Positions 28,801-37,482 of a DNA stretch of 64,000 bases are shown here, piece by piece (position 1 is the stretch's first letter; each line of letters starts with the position of its first letter). The DNA comes from a virus. The stretch spans positions 39,922 through 103,921 of IMG/VR virus record IMGVR_UViG_3300023179_000001. The stretch is one strand, 5' to 3'. The notes beneath the pieces were generated by a model. It worked only from the letters and a program-made list of their open reading frames with translations. It did not search any database and had not been told where the DNA came from. The position numbers and the translations under genes were made by a program.

Positions 28801-29063
28801 AGAATTAAGTGCGAGCTTCTTCTGTTCTTTGGAGTTTTGTCTAATGGGTTTTCTGTAAAGTAAAACTCAACTCCCAGAATTGGGAGAATCCCTTTATTCT
28901 TTGCCTCTTGATAAAAGGGCAATAGATTACTCATGGTTCCATGATCAGTTAAACCTGCGGCCTTGTAGCCCTTCGTGTGATAGGCTTCAATCCATCGTTT
29001 AGGAGTGAATAGCCCATCTGCGATTGAAGCATCTGAGTGGCAGTGAAGGTGGACGAAATTCAC
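25839..29063 (-). CDS. dnaE: DNA polymerase III alpha subunit
   Basis: PHP domain HLHCHS/TDHG, GRGSAAG, PDIDLD, HPAG, KMDILGL, SYSFNKSHS, C-terminal OB fold; no intein evident. Confidence 0.97.
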   Translation of the reverse strand: MNFVHLHCHSDASIADGLFTPKRWIEAYHTKGYKAAGLTDHGTMSNLLPFYQEAKNKGILPILGVEFYFTENPLDKTPKNRRSSHLILFAKNFEGWKNLCRLSQLSYQDGFYYRPRIGLEWLKKHRDGLICLSACQGGILSTEVWKQKRGDEGLGLLNQFKRMVEIFGSDFYVEFQPHQTLNQSEEGEFCSQKMINESLYTLRKEVGFQQIVTNDCHYILPEHADLQRKIKEMQWRGLSKNSSIASDSATFNKDRGCDSLWLKSGEDIYETFRNNHEYIEESFLKEGIERSLEIVDKCKNFEFPKNKRYLPSFDVSGSKKFSSSFEFFKALSRHSLKKLIDSGKLNAPKEVYIERFKKEFDVISKYRLHDYFLIVWDLILFSNRKGIYSGIGRGSAAGCLISYILGIVKIDPIEYDLIFERFLNENRCVSGELPDIDLDFESERRNEIKQYIYQKYGKDCVSEIGTYGRIRLKTSIIDFGKAFGVGTQQELLSITTKLDLEKDEAQDPRAAANSDPKLLKLFKENRNFYFAVKEINGSIKSQGVHPAGVLICSEKIGDITPLKTQVSSEDGTRMVTTQAEDKYLIAQGFMKMDILGLKEYDVIRFCIENAKPEGITKENYVAEIMGREKANPDKRIWKMFQTGKTECVFQFASEGMQELLKQIKPTRLDDLIAANALFRPGCLENGWHTQYCDRKHGREKVSYVHPDVREVLKTTYGVCVFQEQFMSIIHKIGGISLVESDVIRSALGKKDKEKLSKFKNRFIEGAKEKVSEVEATKLWDQLEKASSYSFNKSHSAAYSVLAYISQYFKVYHPTHFWAAQIDWDIRKNAIDEMLLNRRAALRMGVEFVLPDINKSKKEFVVEDDKVIFSLQSVKSVGEGCAEAIVAGQPYKDFYDFYKRVNKAKVKYNNMESLILSGTMDVFGDRRDLLHTLVDLSNAKKKAGPKKRKRNISDTELMMAFYKSIGFFEKSIKTVRDFSPMVITESELREYAPRDVVIVGGMVSDIRVIRTKNNEPMAFLTIEDSDELLDVTVFPENYLKHHENLKEGSIVEVQGVKSDFRAKQNAVEAHLIRFL

Positions 29064-29662
29064 CTGTAAAATTCCCTTCTAAAAATACTTCGTTGAGATA
29101 GGTTTGCGGCCCGAATGCTGCTTAGACCAAAATCAATTTCAGTCAATACATCTTTAAAATCCTGAGCCATAGTAGTTCTAATCAAAGGAATTCCAATCCC
29201 ATCTGTAATTTCTTGATAGATTTCTGATTGCAGATTGATTTCTTCATCTGTGATAACCACATCTGGGTTTTTGAGTTTGCTTCTATTATGGGCATTGATT
29301 TTATCAATTTCCAAAAAGATAACGCAATCGGGGAGCGGCAAACGATCTAACACATAGCTCCTAAAGAGCCTGATTAAATTGTAATCTGATTTTGAAATTC
29401 TATGAGTTTTTAAAAGATACTCTGGAAAGAAGTCCACACTATCTATTGCACTTCTAATTGTGAGCGCATTTTCAAAGACCGCTTCTTTGTGAGCAACGTG
29501 ATGCTGCTCCATGCGCTTAGTTAAAATCTCTAACTCTTTTTGCAGCGAAGTTTCTACCGATGTTGGTGCAAAGCTACAATCTTTATACCGATGGTTGGTT
29601 ATAAGATGATCTGCCACAGCCCTTTTCCCTGAGCCATCCGCTCCAATGATTGAAACCCACAT
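29060..29662 (-). CDS. Deoxynucleoside/thymidylate kinase-like P-loop protein
   Basis: IIGADGSGK, PDCVIFL, R...R lid; motifs degenerate. Confidence 0.6.
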   Translation of the reverse strand: MWVSIIGADGSGKRAVADHLITNHRYKDCSFAPTSVETSLQKELEILTKRMEQHHVAHKEAVFENALTIRSAIDSVDFFPEYLLKTHRISKSDYNLIRLFRSYVLDRLPLPDCVIFLEIDKINAHNRSKLKNPDVVITDEEINLQSEIYQEITDGIGIPLIRTTMAQDFKDVLTEIDFGLSSIRAANLSQRSIFRREFYR

Positions 29663-29680
29663 AAATTATTCCTTTATAGG

Positions 29681-29718
29681 GTTATACAAACTGGAAGCAA
29701 ATTTTTAGCAATTTATTT
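29681..29718 (-). promoter_or_regulatory. Putative middle promoter, copy 2
   Basis: AAAATAAA-TTGCTAAAAA-N11-TTTGTATAAC upstream of kinase-dnaE. Confidence 0.6.
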
Positions 29719-29797
29719 TAAAGAGTAGTAAAGAAAAAGGGCATAAACCGAGATAAGTCCTAGAACTATCAGAAAATTGTCTGGATGATTCTTCATT

Positions 29798-30103
29798 TTA
29801 GGTTGAGCAAGATTTTAAATGCTTTTTTGGCTTGAATTGGAACCACCGCATTCCCAAGGCGTTTAATGCGCTCCACTCTAAGGGGAACCCCATTAGCCAC
29901 TCTACCCACGTTGGGTTCAACTGACCACCAGCTATTGTCGCTAGGGTCGTACTGTTCCTTTCCAGTGATAAGAGAACACCTTGAGCGTGTTTGTCCGCTT
30001 CACAGTAAGCGATGGTCTTAACCCAATCTTTGAGGGCGATTGACAATCCCCCAATACCGCTAAACAGATCCAAGCCATTCAATTTCCTATTATCATTTAC
30101 CAA
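29798..30103 (-). pseudogene. Internally deleted C5-cytosine DNA methyltransferase
   Basis: Motifs I/II (LDLFSGIGG...YCE.D) joined in frame to the C-terminal LNPTWVEWLMGFP..W; the catalytic PCQ and ENV motifs are absent. Confidence 0.75.
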
Positions 30104-30186
30104 AACTTTTTAATTAAAGTGATGCAAGCGACAACTCCAGTAATAATCATAACAGACCAGTAAACCAGTTGTGCTTTCTGCATCAT
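30097..30186 (-). CDS. 29-aa membrane peptide
   Basis: MMQKAQLVYWSVMIITGVVACITLIKKFW fills the gap between two genes. Confidence 0.4.
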   Translation of the reverse strand: MMQKAQLVYWSVMIITGVVACITLIKKFW

Positions 30187-30188
30187 GT

Positions 30189-30557
30189 TCATACTTCGCC
30201 TGCCAAACGACCACTTATTATCTTGTGTTTCCAAGGAGCATCGGACATTCGGATTTTGATGTCTGGATTAACAGACTCGAAAGTTCTTTTATCTAACTCT
30301 TTCCATTCCCCATAACATACCCACTCGACTCCGAGCTTTTTAATATCTCTTACGATCTTTTTGTATCTCACAAGACAGTAGGGACAGTTCATTCTGCCCT
30401 GATGAAGAATGTTGGGTTTTTTATCCAACTTAGAATAAATCCTTGCTCCGCACAGAGGTCTTTCTTTGTTGTTCTCAACAAATCCAAAATGGAATCTTCT
30501 TCCGTTTCTTCTTCCCACGATTAAAAACAAAGTTTTAGGATCTGGTTGTAACCTCAT
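30189..30557 (-). CDS. Hypothetical protein (H..LCG..CPYC, zinc-binding-like)
   Basis: ORF overlapping the upstream gene. Confidence 0.55.
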   Translation of the reverse strand: MRLQPDPKTLFLIVGRRNGRRFHFGFVENNKERPLCGARIYSKLDKKPNILHQGRMNCPYCLVRYKKIVRDIKKLGVEWVCYGEWKELDKRTFESVNPDIKIRMSDAPWKHKIISGRLAGEV

Positions 30558-30786
30558 TCTTCTTTTTCCTTCTGCTAGGCTTTTTGATTTGTTTGATTTC
30601 TTTTTCCTTATTACCGTAAGATTTGATGGTGAGCATCTGTTTTTTTGAATGTTTTTTTAAAACATCGCCATGAACTAAAAAGAATCTCCCACGAACCTCG
30701 GTAAGAGATTTGATCTGCAAATCGGTAAGCTCTTTTTCGTACTTAAGCCCTGATAATGGGCAAAAGCATTTGACCAGTTTTTTCAT
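30535..30786 (-). CDS. Hypothetical basic protein
   Basis: ORF in operon orientation. Confidence 0.45.
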   Translation of the reverse strand: MKKLVKCFCPLSGLKYEKELTDLQIKSLTEVRGRFFLVHGDVLKKHSKKQMLTIKSYGNKEKEIKQIKKPSRRKKKNEVTTRS

Positions 30787-30806
30787 TTGTAAAAAAGAAT
30801 ACTAAC

Positions 30807-30850
30807 AAAAAGAAGGGGAAGTAAACCTGTTTTAGAGATTTACTTCCCCT
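30807..30850 (-). terminator. Putative intrinsic terminator downstream of the protease gene
   Basis: 12-bp stem AGGGGAAGTAAA/TTTACTTCCCCT, then TCTTTTT. Confidence 0.6.
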
Positions 30851-30953
30851 GTATGGCATGAATAAAGCATCACTAATCTTGGGGAAAAGTGTTGTAAATA
30901 GCTTTAGGGTATTTCTAGCTACATTTTTTCAAATTTCAATAACTATTTTATTT

Positions 30954-31808
30954 TTACTCTTCTTTTTCCAAGACCGAGTAGGCAGCTTCGACACCTATCT
31001 TGTCACAACCAAAAGGCATAAGAGCGTAACCCTTATCTCCCCATTTAGCTCCCCAAGAGTTTCTCATGATCCAATTTCCTTTGTTATCCCAACCAACGAG
31101 ATTGACCATGTGATTGACCCCTTTGTAACCACAACCCTTCATCACTCCACCCTTGTAACCATCCCATCTGGAGTTGGCTCCTACCGCAACACTCAAATAC
31201 CCGTAGTGAAGAATTGCTGCTTTCATTTCTTCTACCGTAGGAGATTTGTTGGAGCTACCAAGGTTATAAAAAGAAATCGGTTTAATTGCCCTTGGTTTGC
31301 CTTCTCTTCTGCATTTCATGGTACGAGCTTCGTATGGATAATCCGATTGAAGGGCGAGCCCATATTTCGTTAAATAGGGGCCAGCGAAGTTACCTCCGTT
31401 ACACCCATACCAATCTTTATCGCAATCAACTATTTCTTGTTCGCTAAATTGCAATTCTTTTTTATCAAAGATTACACCCAACGATTCTAGATTCGCCACG
31501 GTCGAGAAACTCCAACAAGAACCGCAGGAGCCCTGATTTTTAACTGGAAGATCTACCCCGATGGCACGCCAATCAAAGCTTTCAGGGAGATTTCTAACTT
31601 GAGGAGCAGGTTTGAAAGGTGCTCCATCAACTAATCCGTGACCATTATGCGTTTTAATATAACCCGTTGCGTATTTTGTTGGGGAATTGATTGAAGTAAT
31701 ATCGATGTACTCATACTCCGTGTACTCTGCTGGGGCAGTGGATCTTCCGCACCCCAGTAGAGTTAAATGCAATACAATACTCATAGCTAAAAAAAGATAG
31801 TTCTTCAT
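30954..31808 (-). CDS. Papain-family (C1A) cysteine protease, lipoprotein
   Basis: Start MKNYLFL behind GGAGG; lipobox LLGC; LPESFDWR, QGSCGSCWSF, SEQEIVDC, GCNGG, NHMVNLVGW, WIMRNSWG..WGDKGY. Confidence 0.93.
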   Translation of the reverse strand: MKNYLFLAMSIVLHLTLLGCGRSTAPAEYTEYEYIDITSINSPTKYATGYIKTHNGHGLVDGAPFKPAPQVRNLPESFDWRAIGVDLPVKNQGSCGSCWSFSTVANLESLGVIFDKKELQFSEQEIVDCDKDWYGCNGGNFAGPYLTKYGLALQSDYPYEARTMKCRREGKPRAIKPISFYNLGSSNKSPTVEEMKAAILHYGYLSVAVGANSRWDGYKGGVMKGCGYKGVNHMVNLVGWDNKGNWIMRNSWGAKWGDKGYALMPFGCDKIGVEAAYSVLEKEE

Positions 31809-31829
31809 TTTTGCCTCCGTGTTCACCTC

Positions 31830-32980
31830 CTTTCGGCATTCCGTCGCATCACCCCTAACGCAGCTACCCATAAGTAATACGGTACAACCTTTGTTGCACC
31901 GAGCCTTGAGTCCTTCCCCAAAAACCCCTAAAACACTTTCCAATCTAAAAACAGATTTAAAGGGCAGAGGCTTTCATTGAAGGTTTGCACCCCAAGCCCT
32001 TTTAAAAAACAGGAGAGATTAGCCGTAAAAAGCCCTCTCAAGAAACTTTCAAATAACGGGGTTCGTTTAGATTCAAAATGATTGTGGTTGAAACTAAAAT
32101 GAAGGGTAAAAGGGAAGCAGTTGAGTTTATACATCTGCCAGAGAGTTACCCAACGTGGACACAAAAATCCTCCCCGATGAGATTAGCGAGACTAGAAATC
32201 GCTAACCAAGGTAATCCTATCTATCCTGTGTTAAAGAACTTAAATGCCGTGGATTCTAGTAGAGAAGTAGACGCTACAAAGATTTATCCTTGTAACTCCT
32301 ACTTTTCAAACGAATGGACTAACAACCAAGTTTCCACCCTTCATTCGACGGTGATAAACCACCATTCGGTGCGCCCTGTTAAGCAACACCCGTACAGAAA
32401 GCTGAGAAAAGCATTTTTGGGAAGAGAACATCTGCACTTCAGATTCAAAGCGACGAGTAGGATTCAAATAGCCCCACTGCTACCATATCCAAAACAATTT
32501 AGTTTTGGAGTAGGATTGAAAAATGCTGCGCTCCAAGGTGTTAAACCACTTCTCCTACTTGGAGCCTCTGCTTTGTTTATCAAAGTATCTGGTTATCTTT
32601 ACAACCTGAGTGCCATTGCCACTGGATTAACACTCCCCACTGATGCCAGCAGAATAATTCAACCCTATACAGCAATGCTTACTAAAGCAGTTGCTATCAC
32701 TTACATCACTCTTATAATCAGCAGTAATATGATCAGTAATGATCTTCTAAGATCAATAAACAGATTAAATACTATGATTATCTGTTTTATCTAATACATT
32801 TTAGATAACAGTTTCATTTCCCTTCAACCTCGAAGAAGGGCAACAAAGAGTAAAGAGTAATAAGGCAGTGGTATGCAAGAAATAACCATCTACCAAGATA
32901 CAGGAAAGAGAACACCTAAACAAAAGCTAGTATTTGCCCTAAAGCGTTTGAAATCTAAGATTCAAAGCATTATAGGTTTT
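31830..32980. other. Hairpin-rich, probably non-coding strand-switch region (candidate ncRNA and/or replication origin)
   Basis: Lies between divergent gene blocks; at least 8 inverted repeats; AT-rich GATC cluster at 32700-32810. The 238-aa ORF 32078-32794 has no recognisable motif. Confidence 0.4.
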
Positions 32981-32983
32981 TGA

Positions 32984-33505
32984 ATGATCAAACTTCATCT
33001 AGGCTGTGGGCCACATTTATTTGCTGGGTGGGATAATTTGGATTTAAGCCCCGCTCCAGGCGGCATACGCCACGATTTAACAAAACCCCTTTTATATCCC
33101 GATAGCAGTGTCTCATTTATTTTTACTGAGCACTTCATTGAACATTTGGATAGAGAAGTGGCCTTTTCGTTTTTATGCGAATGCAAACGAGTAATGAAGA
33201 ACGATGCGGTGCTCAGATTATCAACTCCTGATCTAGCCGTACTGGTAGAGGATTACCGCTTAGGTCGAATTAACAGATGGAGTAGCGTGTGGAATCCAAA
33301 AAACAAATGCCAGATGCTAAATGGCGGTATGCGCTTGTGGGGGCACAAGTATGTTTTTGATTTAGAAGATTTAGAAAGCCTAATTCGTGAGGTTGGATTT
33401 GGGAAAATAAGCAAGAAAGCCCACTCCGAATCCGATTTTGATGAATTAAAAAACAGAGAGAAGCGCAGCTATATGGGAGATTTGATTTTGGAAGTTCAAA
33501 AATGA
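32984..33505 (+). CDS. Class I SAM-dependent methyltransferase (type 11; often glycan-associated)
   Basis: LHLGCG, W.NLD, HDL...L.YPD.SV, EHFIEHL, RVMK..GxL-like STPD. Confidence 0.85.
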   Translation: MIKLHLGCGPHLFAGWDNLDLSPAPGGIRHDLTKPLLYPDSSVSFIFTEHFIEHLDREVAFSFLCECKRVMKNDAVLRLSTPDLAVLVEDYRLGRINRWSSVWNPKNKCQMLNGGMRLWGHKYVFDLEDLESLIREVGFGKISKKAHSESDFDELKNREKRSYMGDLILEVQK

Positions 33506-33560
33506 AAGTGCGAATGTATAACCTGAAGTTATATCGTACAACTTTTAAAGAGGTGAACAA

Positions 33561-33776
33561 ATGACCTTGCCAGATGAAAGAACAAGAGCGGTTTTGTATA
33601 CCAGAGATTTTCTTTTAAAACTTTTAGATCCAAAAAAAACACCTAAAGTGCCAAGGCTGATACGAAAAGAGGCACTAAGATTGCTGAGACATTATCCAAC
33701 TCTGCTAGATTTAAAACTTTGTTTAAAAAAAGGTGCAAAGATTTTTGGCAAGATAAAAGAGCTTACTAAAATTTAA
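33561..33776 (+). CDS. BPSL0761-like small protein
   Basis: MTLPDERTRAV...FL..L....TP.VP..IR..A..LLRHYP. Confidence 0.75.
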   Translation: MTLPDERTRAVLYTRDFLLKLLDPKKTPKVPRLIRKEALRLLRHYPTLLDLKLCLKKGAKIFGKIKELTKI

Positions 33777-35131
33777 TGCAAATCTGTTTGAAAATAGGAA
33801 ATGCGAAATCGCAGGTGATTGCCCCTGTGGGCATCATCACCGAACTAAGAGAACAGGTCTGCTCCTACTCCAACGAACAAACCCTTTATGCAGCCCAAGG
33901 GATTCCCTACTGGGATGGGAAAATCAGATTGATGAATCTGAAAGGGGTATTCCCCACAGGACTAGCGCACCAAGTCGTAGATTATCTAAAAACCAAAGGT
34001 CACAAAGTTGTAGCCAAGGATTACCGTGTGCGGCCAAACGCCCACAGTTACTTTCCAAAGCTCAATGCACCTCTTACCCCTCGTTACTATCAAAACGAGT
34101 CCCTAGAGGTTTCTAAACAAAAATCTAGGGGGGTTTTTAAAATCTGCACAGGTGGGGGAAAAAGTTTTACGAGTGCGATGATCATTGCTGATAAAAAAGT
34201 AAGAACGCTTATGGTAGTTCCAAACCTAAGCCTCAAAGATCAGCTTCTCAAAGATTACATCTCGTGGTTCGGTAAAGCTTCAGTTCACACAGATATTAGA
34301 AGTGATGCTCCCATCATCGTTTGCAATTTCCAAAGATTGATGAAGATGCCGCCTAAGTTATTTGAAAAATTCGAGATGCTCATGATCGATGAATTCCATC
34401 ACTCGGCCAGTGGGAGCTATCAGAAAATCAATAAATACTGCAACAATGCCTACTACCGCTACGGGTTTACAGGCACGTTTTTAAGATCCGATGGTTCGGA
34501 TATGGAAATGCATGGGGTGCTTTCCAAAGTTATTTATGAGGTTACTACTTCAGACCTGATTGAGCAGGGGTTTTTGGTTAGACCAGAAATCAATATCATC
34601 AATTTCAACCCAAACCTAGGGATTCCCTACAATACCAGATACGACCAAGCCTACTCGTACTTGGTTAAGTCCAAACACTTCGCAGATATTGTGTCACAAA
34701 TAGCGATTCAGAAAATCAAAGAGAACAAGCAAACGATTATTCTTACCAGAAGAGTTGAGCATGGGAGACTTTTAGCCAAACAAATTCCTGATGCAGTTTT
34801 TTTATCTGGTGCTGATCAATCTCAATATCGTGAAAGAATCAAAAAGGATTTCAACGAAAAGAGAATCCGTTGCATCGTAGCTACCGAAATCTTTGGCGAA
34901 GGGGTGGACATCCCAACGATTGATGTTTTGATAAATGCCAGAGCCCAGAAAACAGAAATCCAAACCATCCAGGGAATCGGCAGAGCCCTACGACTAGCAC
35001 CAGGAAAAGAGAAAGCTGAAATTTACGATTTCATGTTCTTAGGCCAAAGGCATTTGGAGAACCATTCTCTTGAACGTGTTGCAACGTATAAAAAAGAACA
35101 AGCCTTCATTCTGAAAAATATTTCATTTTGA
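33776..35131 (+). CDS. SF2 DExH helicase (UvsW-like)
   Basis: R.YQ, TGGGKS, DEFH, GFTGT, EGVDIP, Q.IGR.LR. Confidence 0.92.
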   Translation: MQICLKIGNAKSQVIAPVGIITELREQVCSYSNEQTLYAAQGIPYWDGKIRLMNLKGVFPTGLAHQVVDYLKTKGHKVVAKDYRVRPNAHSYFPKLNAPLTPRYYQNESLEVSKQKSRGVFKICTGGGKSFTSAMIIADKKVRTLMVVPNLSLKDQLLKDYISWFGKASVHTDIRSDAPIIVCNFQRLMKMPPKLFEKFEMLMIDEFHHSASGSYQKINKYCNNAYYRYGFTGTFLRSDGSDMEMHGVLSKVIYEVTTSDLIEQGFLVRPEINIINFNPNLGIPYNTRYDQAYSYLVKSKHFADIVSQIAIQKIKENKQTIILTRRVEHGRLLAKQIPDAVFLSGADQSQYRERIKKDFNEKRIRCIVATEIFGEGVDIPTIDVLINARAQKTEIQTIQGIGRALRLAPGKEKAEIYDFMFLGQRHLENHSLERVATYKKEQAFILKNISF

Positions 35132-35214
35132 CCTAGAGTGTCGTTAGATCGTTGTTGCCAGAGAAAAATTGATCACTTAAAACCGTTTCACCGCTTGGGG
35201 AAAAGAGGGTTGAA

Positions 35215-35703
35215 ATGGATATTGCAAGTAGTGAAATCACACGCCTACTTAATTTTTATGTTTATCGCTACACACGAAAATTTCCAAATCACAGTTTAAC
35301 GAAAGATGATTTGCTTTCTGAAGCGAGACTTGCGGCACTCTTCGCAGTTAGAACTTATAGCAAGAAGAAACAAACCAAACTAACAACCTATATTTTTTCT
35401 TGTGTGAGAAATCACTTTATCAATCTTTCTAAAAAAGAAAGAGCCAATAGACTGATTTACTGCGATCCCCAAGACCTACCCGAAGTGGCGGTTCGAGATC
35501 CTAGTCACGATTACGATGCACAAGAGATGCTTAAAAAGATTTTAAACAAAGATGAGATGGGAGTTTTTTATGATTACATTATTGAAGGGAAAACGCTGAA
35601 AGAAATTTCTGAGGATAAGAGGATTGAAGTATGGAAGGTTCACAGAAGTTTTACCCGCATCGTTCAAAACTACAAATCAATCGCAAAGAGCCTACAGCCA
35701 TAA
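35215..35703 (+). CDS. Sigma-70 family (ECF/SigH-like) sigma factor
   Basis: DDLLSEA.LA...A..TY......LTTY....VRN (region 2); EGKTLKEIS (region 4). Confidence 0.78.
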   Translation: MDIASSEITRLLNFYVYRYTRKFPNHSLTKDDLLSEARLAALFAVRTYSKKKQTKLTTYIFSCVRNHFINLSKKERANRLIYCDPQDLPEVAVRDPSHDYDAQEMLKKILNKDEMGVFYDYIIEGKTLKEISEDKRIEVWKVHRSFTRIVQNYKSIAKSLQP

Positions 35704-36122
35704 CGATTGATCAGGTAGAAAGAATTAAGATGCTGCATGAAAGAGCTACTAAGAAAGTTCTGTTTGCTGCGAAAACAAAAACAGTGAGTAGTGGCGATGC
35801 AAAAAAGTTTAGGGAAAGAGTGTTTGCCTTGAATGACTTTTTAAAATGTTGGAATGATTGGAGGCATTTCTATTTTGAAGCCCCTCCTGTCTCCATTAAA
35901 ACCAAATCACAACTCACGGCCTGTGAGAACATTGTTCAAAAAATTAAAGACCAGAACTACAACATGAGTTTATTCATTGCTTGTGTTCATAAGGCTTATC
36001 AAAAACGAAAGTTTAGGCCCGAATTCAATGCGTGTCTTTATCAAGGAGATGAATATTACGAAAAGCTTTACGATTCGGTGATGGCTGATATTCAACTTAG
36101 GGAGTACGAGGACAATGCCTGA
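35631..36122 (+). CDS. Hypothetical protein (helicase-loader position)
   Basis: Overlaps the dnaB start. Confidence 0.55.
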   Translation: MEGSQKFYPHRSKLQINRKEPTAITIDQVERIKMLHERATKKVLFAAKTKTVSSGDAKKFRERVFALNDFLKCWNDWRHFYFEAPPVSIKTKSQLTACENIVQKIKDQNYNMSLFIACVHKAYQKRKFRPEFNACLYQGDEYYEKLYDSVMADIQLREYEDNA

Positions 36123-37482
36123 GATAGAGTTTAGTTTTAGCGAGTCTTTTCAGGATTCTATGATTGCCCTCATGCTAACCGATGTAGGGTTTTGCAAAAA
36201 AACTCTCTCCTATATTCCAAAGGATAGGCTCTATTCTGAAAAACAGAAGTATCTGTTCTCTCAGATCCAAAGAAAAATGGATAAGGATGGGACTTTGCTT
36301 TCGTATATTGAGGCAGAAGATTCCCTAAAGCGTATTGATAAAATCAAACGTGGCCCACTTAAAAAGTATTTGAAGTTTATCTATCACTTAAATCTCGAAG
36401 ATAGGGACTACATCAAGGAAAAGCTCACCGAGTACGCAAAGAAGAATGCGTTTATTTCCGTTTTTATGGGGGCACAAACACTTTGGAATTCAAAGAAGTA
36501 TGGCGATGCCTACGAGAAGACGTTTCAGGGGATTACAGAGCTATATTCCATAGATTTCAGAGATGATGCGATAGTTCGTTTAAAAGATTTTGAGGACATC
36601 CGAATCAACCATGTGCTTGCAAACATGGATAACGAGAAAAGAATTCCAACCAGAATTGAGGATTTGGATAACATTCTTCGTGGGGGACTTGAAAAAGGCG
36701 AGCTAGGAATATTACTTGCCGAGCCCAAGAAGGGGAAATCTTTAGGGCTCCTTCACATGGGATGCGCAGCACTGATGTCTAGGTCTGGCCGTGTCGCCCA
36801 CTTTGTTTTAGAAGGCACCACAACCCAATCGGTTCTGCGCTACCAATCGAGACTTTCTGGAATCAGGTATCACGATCTTGAAAAAGACAATCTGACAGAC
36901 AAGCAGAGAGAAAGATTGGCTGAGTTAGATAAGCTCTATCTCAACAGGCTAGACCTCATTCCGTTTAATAAACATTGGGAGTACAGCGTTGGAGATGTTG
37001 AGGCCAAAATCAAAGAGCTAGAATCCGTGGGCAGAAAACCCGATGTCGTTATCATCGACTATGCGGATCTCCTAAAATCCAAGCACAGGGAAAAAGAAAA
37101 ACGATTTGAGCAAACAGAGGTTTATAGGGACATCAAAAGACTTGCGATGATAAAAGATGTCGCTATCTGGAGTGCGACACAAGCCCAGCGTCCCAAAGAT
37201 GCTCCTGATGTTGTAGGGATTTTACGAGCGCAGCACGTTTCGGAAAGCTATGAGAAGGTTAGGATTGCAGATTTGATTATCACGCTCAATCAGACTCCTA
37301 ACGAAAAGAAGCAGGGACTCCTAAGATTCCATATAGATATTTACCGCTCCTCGGATTCAGACAAAACGGTTTTTCTCTTAGTTGATTTTGAGCGCATGAT
37401 TTTCGCATCCCCAAAAGGTGGAGCCGCAGATAGAAAGAACGATTTGAGCTTCCCTTGGATGCTTGAAAAGAAAAGACGATGA
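36115..37482 (+). CDS. dnaB: Replicative DnaB-like helicase
   Basis: LD.IL.GGL..GEL, AEPKKGKS, LEG, IIDYADLL, ATQ, ADLII.L. Confidence 0.92.
   Translation: MPEIEFSFSESFQDSMIALMLTDVGFCKKTLSYIPKDRLYSEKQKYLFSQIQRKMDKDGTLLSYIEAEDSLKRIDKIKRGPLKKYLKFIYHLNLEDRDYIKEKLTEYAKKNAFISVFMGAQTLWNSKKYGDAYEKTFQGITELYSIDFRDDAIVRLKDFEDIRINHVLANMDNEKRIPTRIEDLDNILRGGLEKGELGILLAEPKKGKSLGLLHMGCAALMSRSGRVAHFVLEGTTTQSVLRYQSRLSGIRYHDLEKDNLTDKQRERLAELDKLYLNRLDLIPFNKHWEYSVGDVEAKIKELESVGRKPDVVIIDYADLLKSKHREKEKRFEQTEVYRDIKRLAMIKDVAIWSATQAQRPKDAPDVVGILRAQHVSESYEKVRIADLIITLNQTPNEKKQGLLRFHIDIYRSSDSDKTVFLLVDFERMIFASPKGGAADRKNDLSFPWMLEKKRR

Noticed and set aside
6298-30103. Complete restriction-modification system
   Set aside because: No restriction endonuclease is adjacent to any methyltransferase; they appear to be orphans.
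32185-32320. Group I intron or ribozyme core (GAGACTA; TAGTCC; CCGATGAG...GAAA)
   Set aside because: The R-like and S-like elements are on opposite strands, there is no interrupted host gene, and the hammerhead CUGAUGA core is not intact.
32078-32794. 238-aa plus-strand ORF as a confident CDS
   Set aside because: No clear RBS at the annotated start, no recognisable motif, atypical composition and a 3' end running through palindromic repeats. Kept only as a possibility within the structured-region finding.
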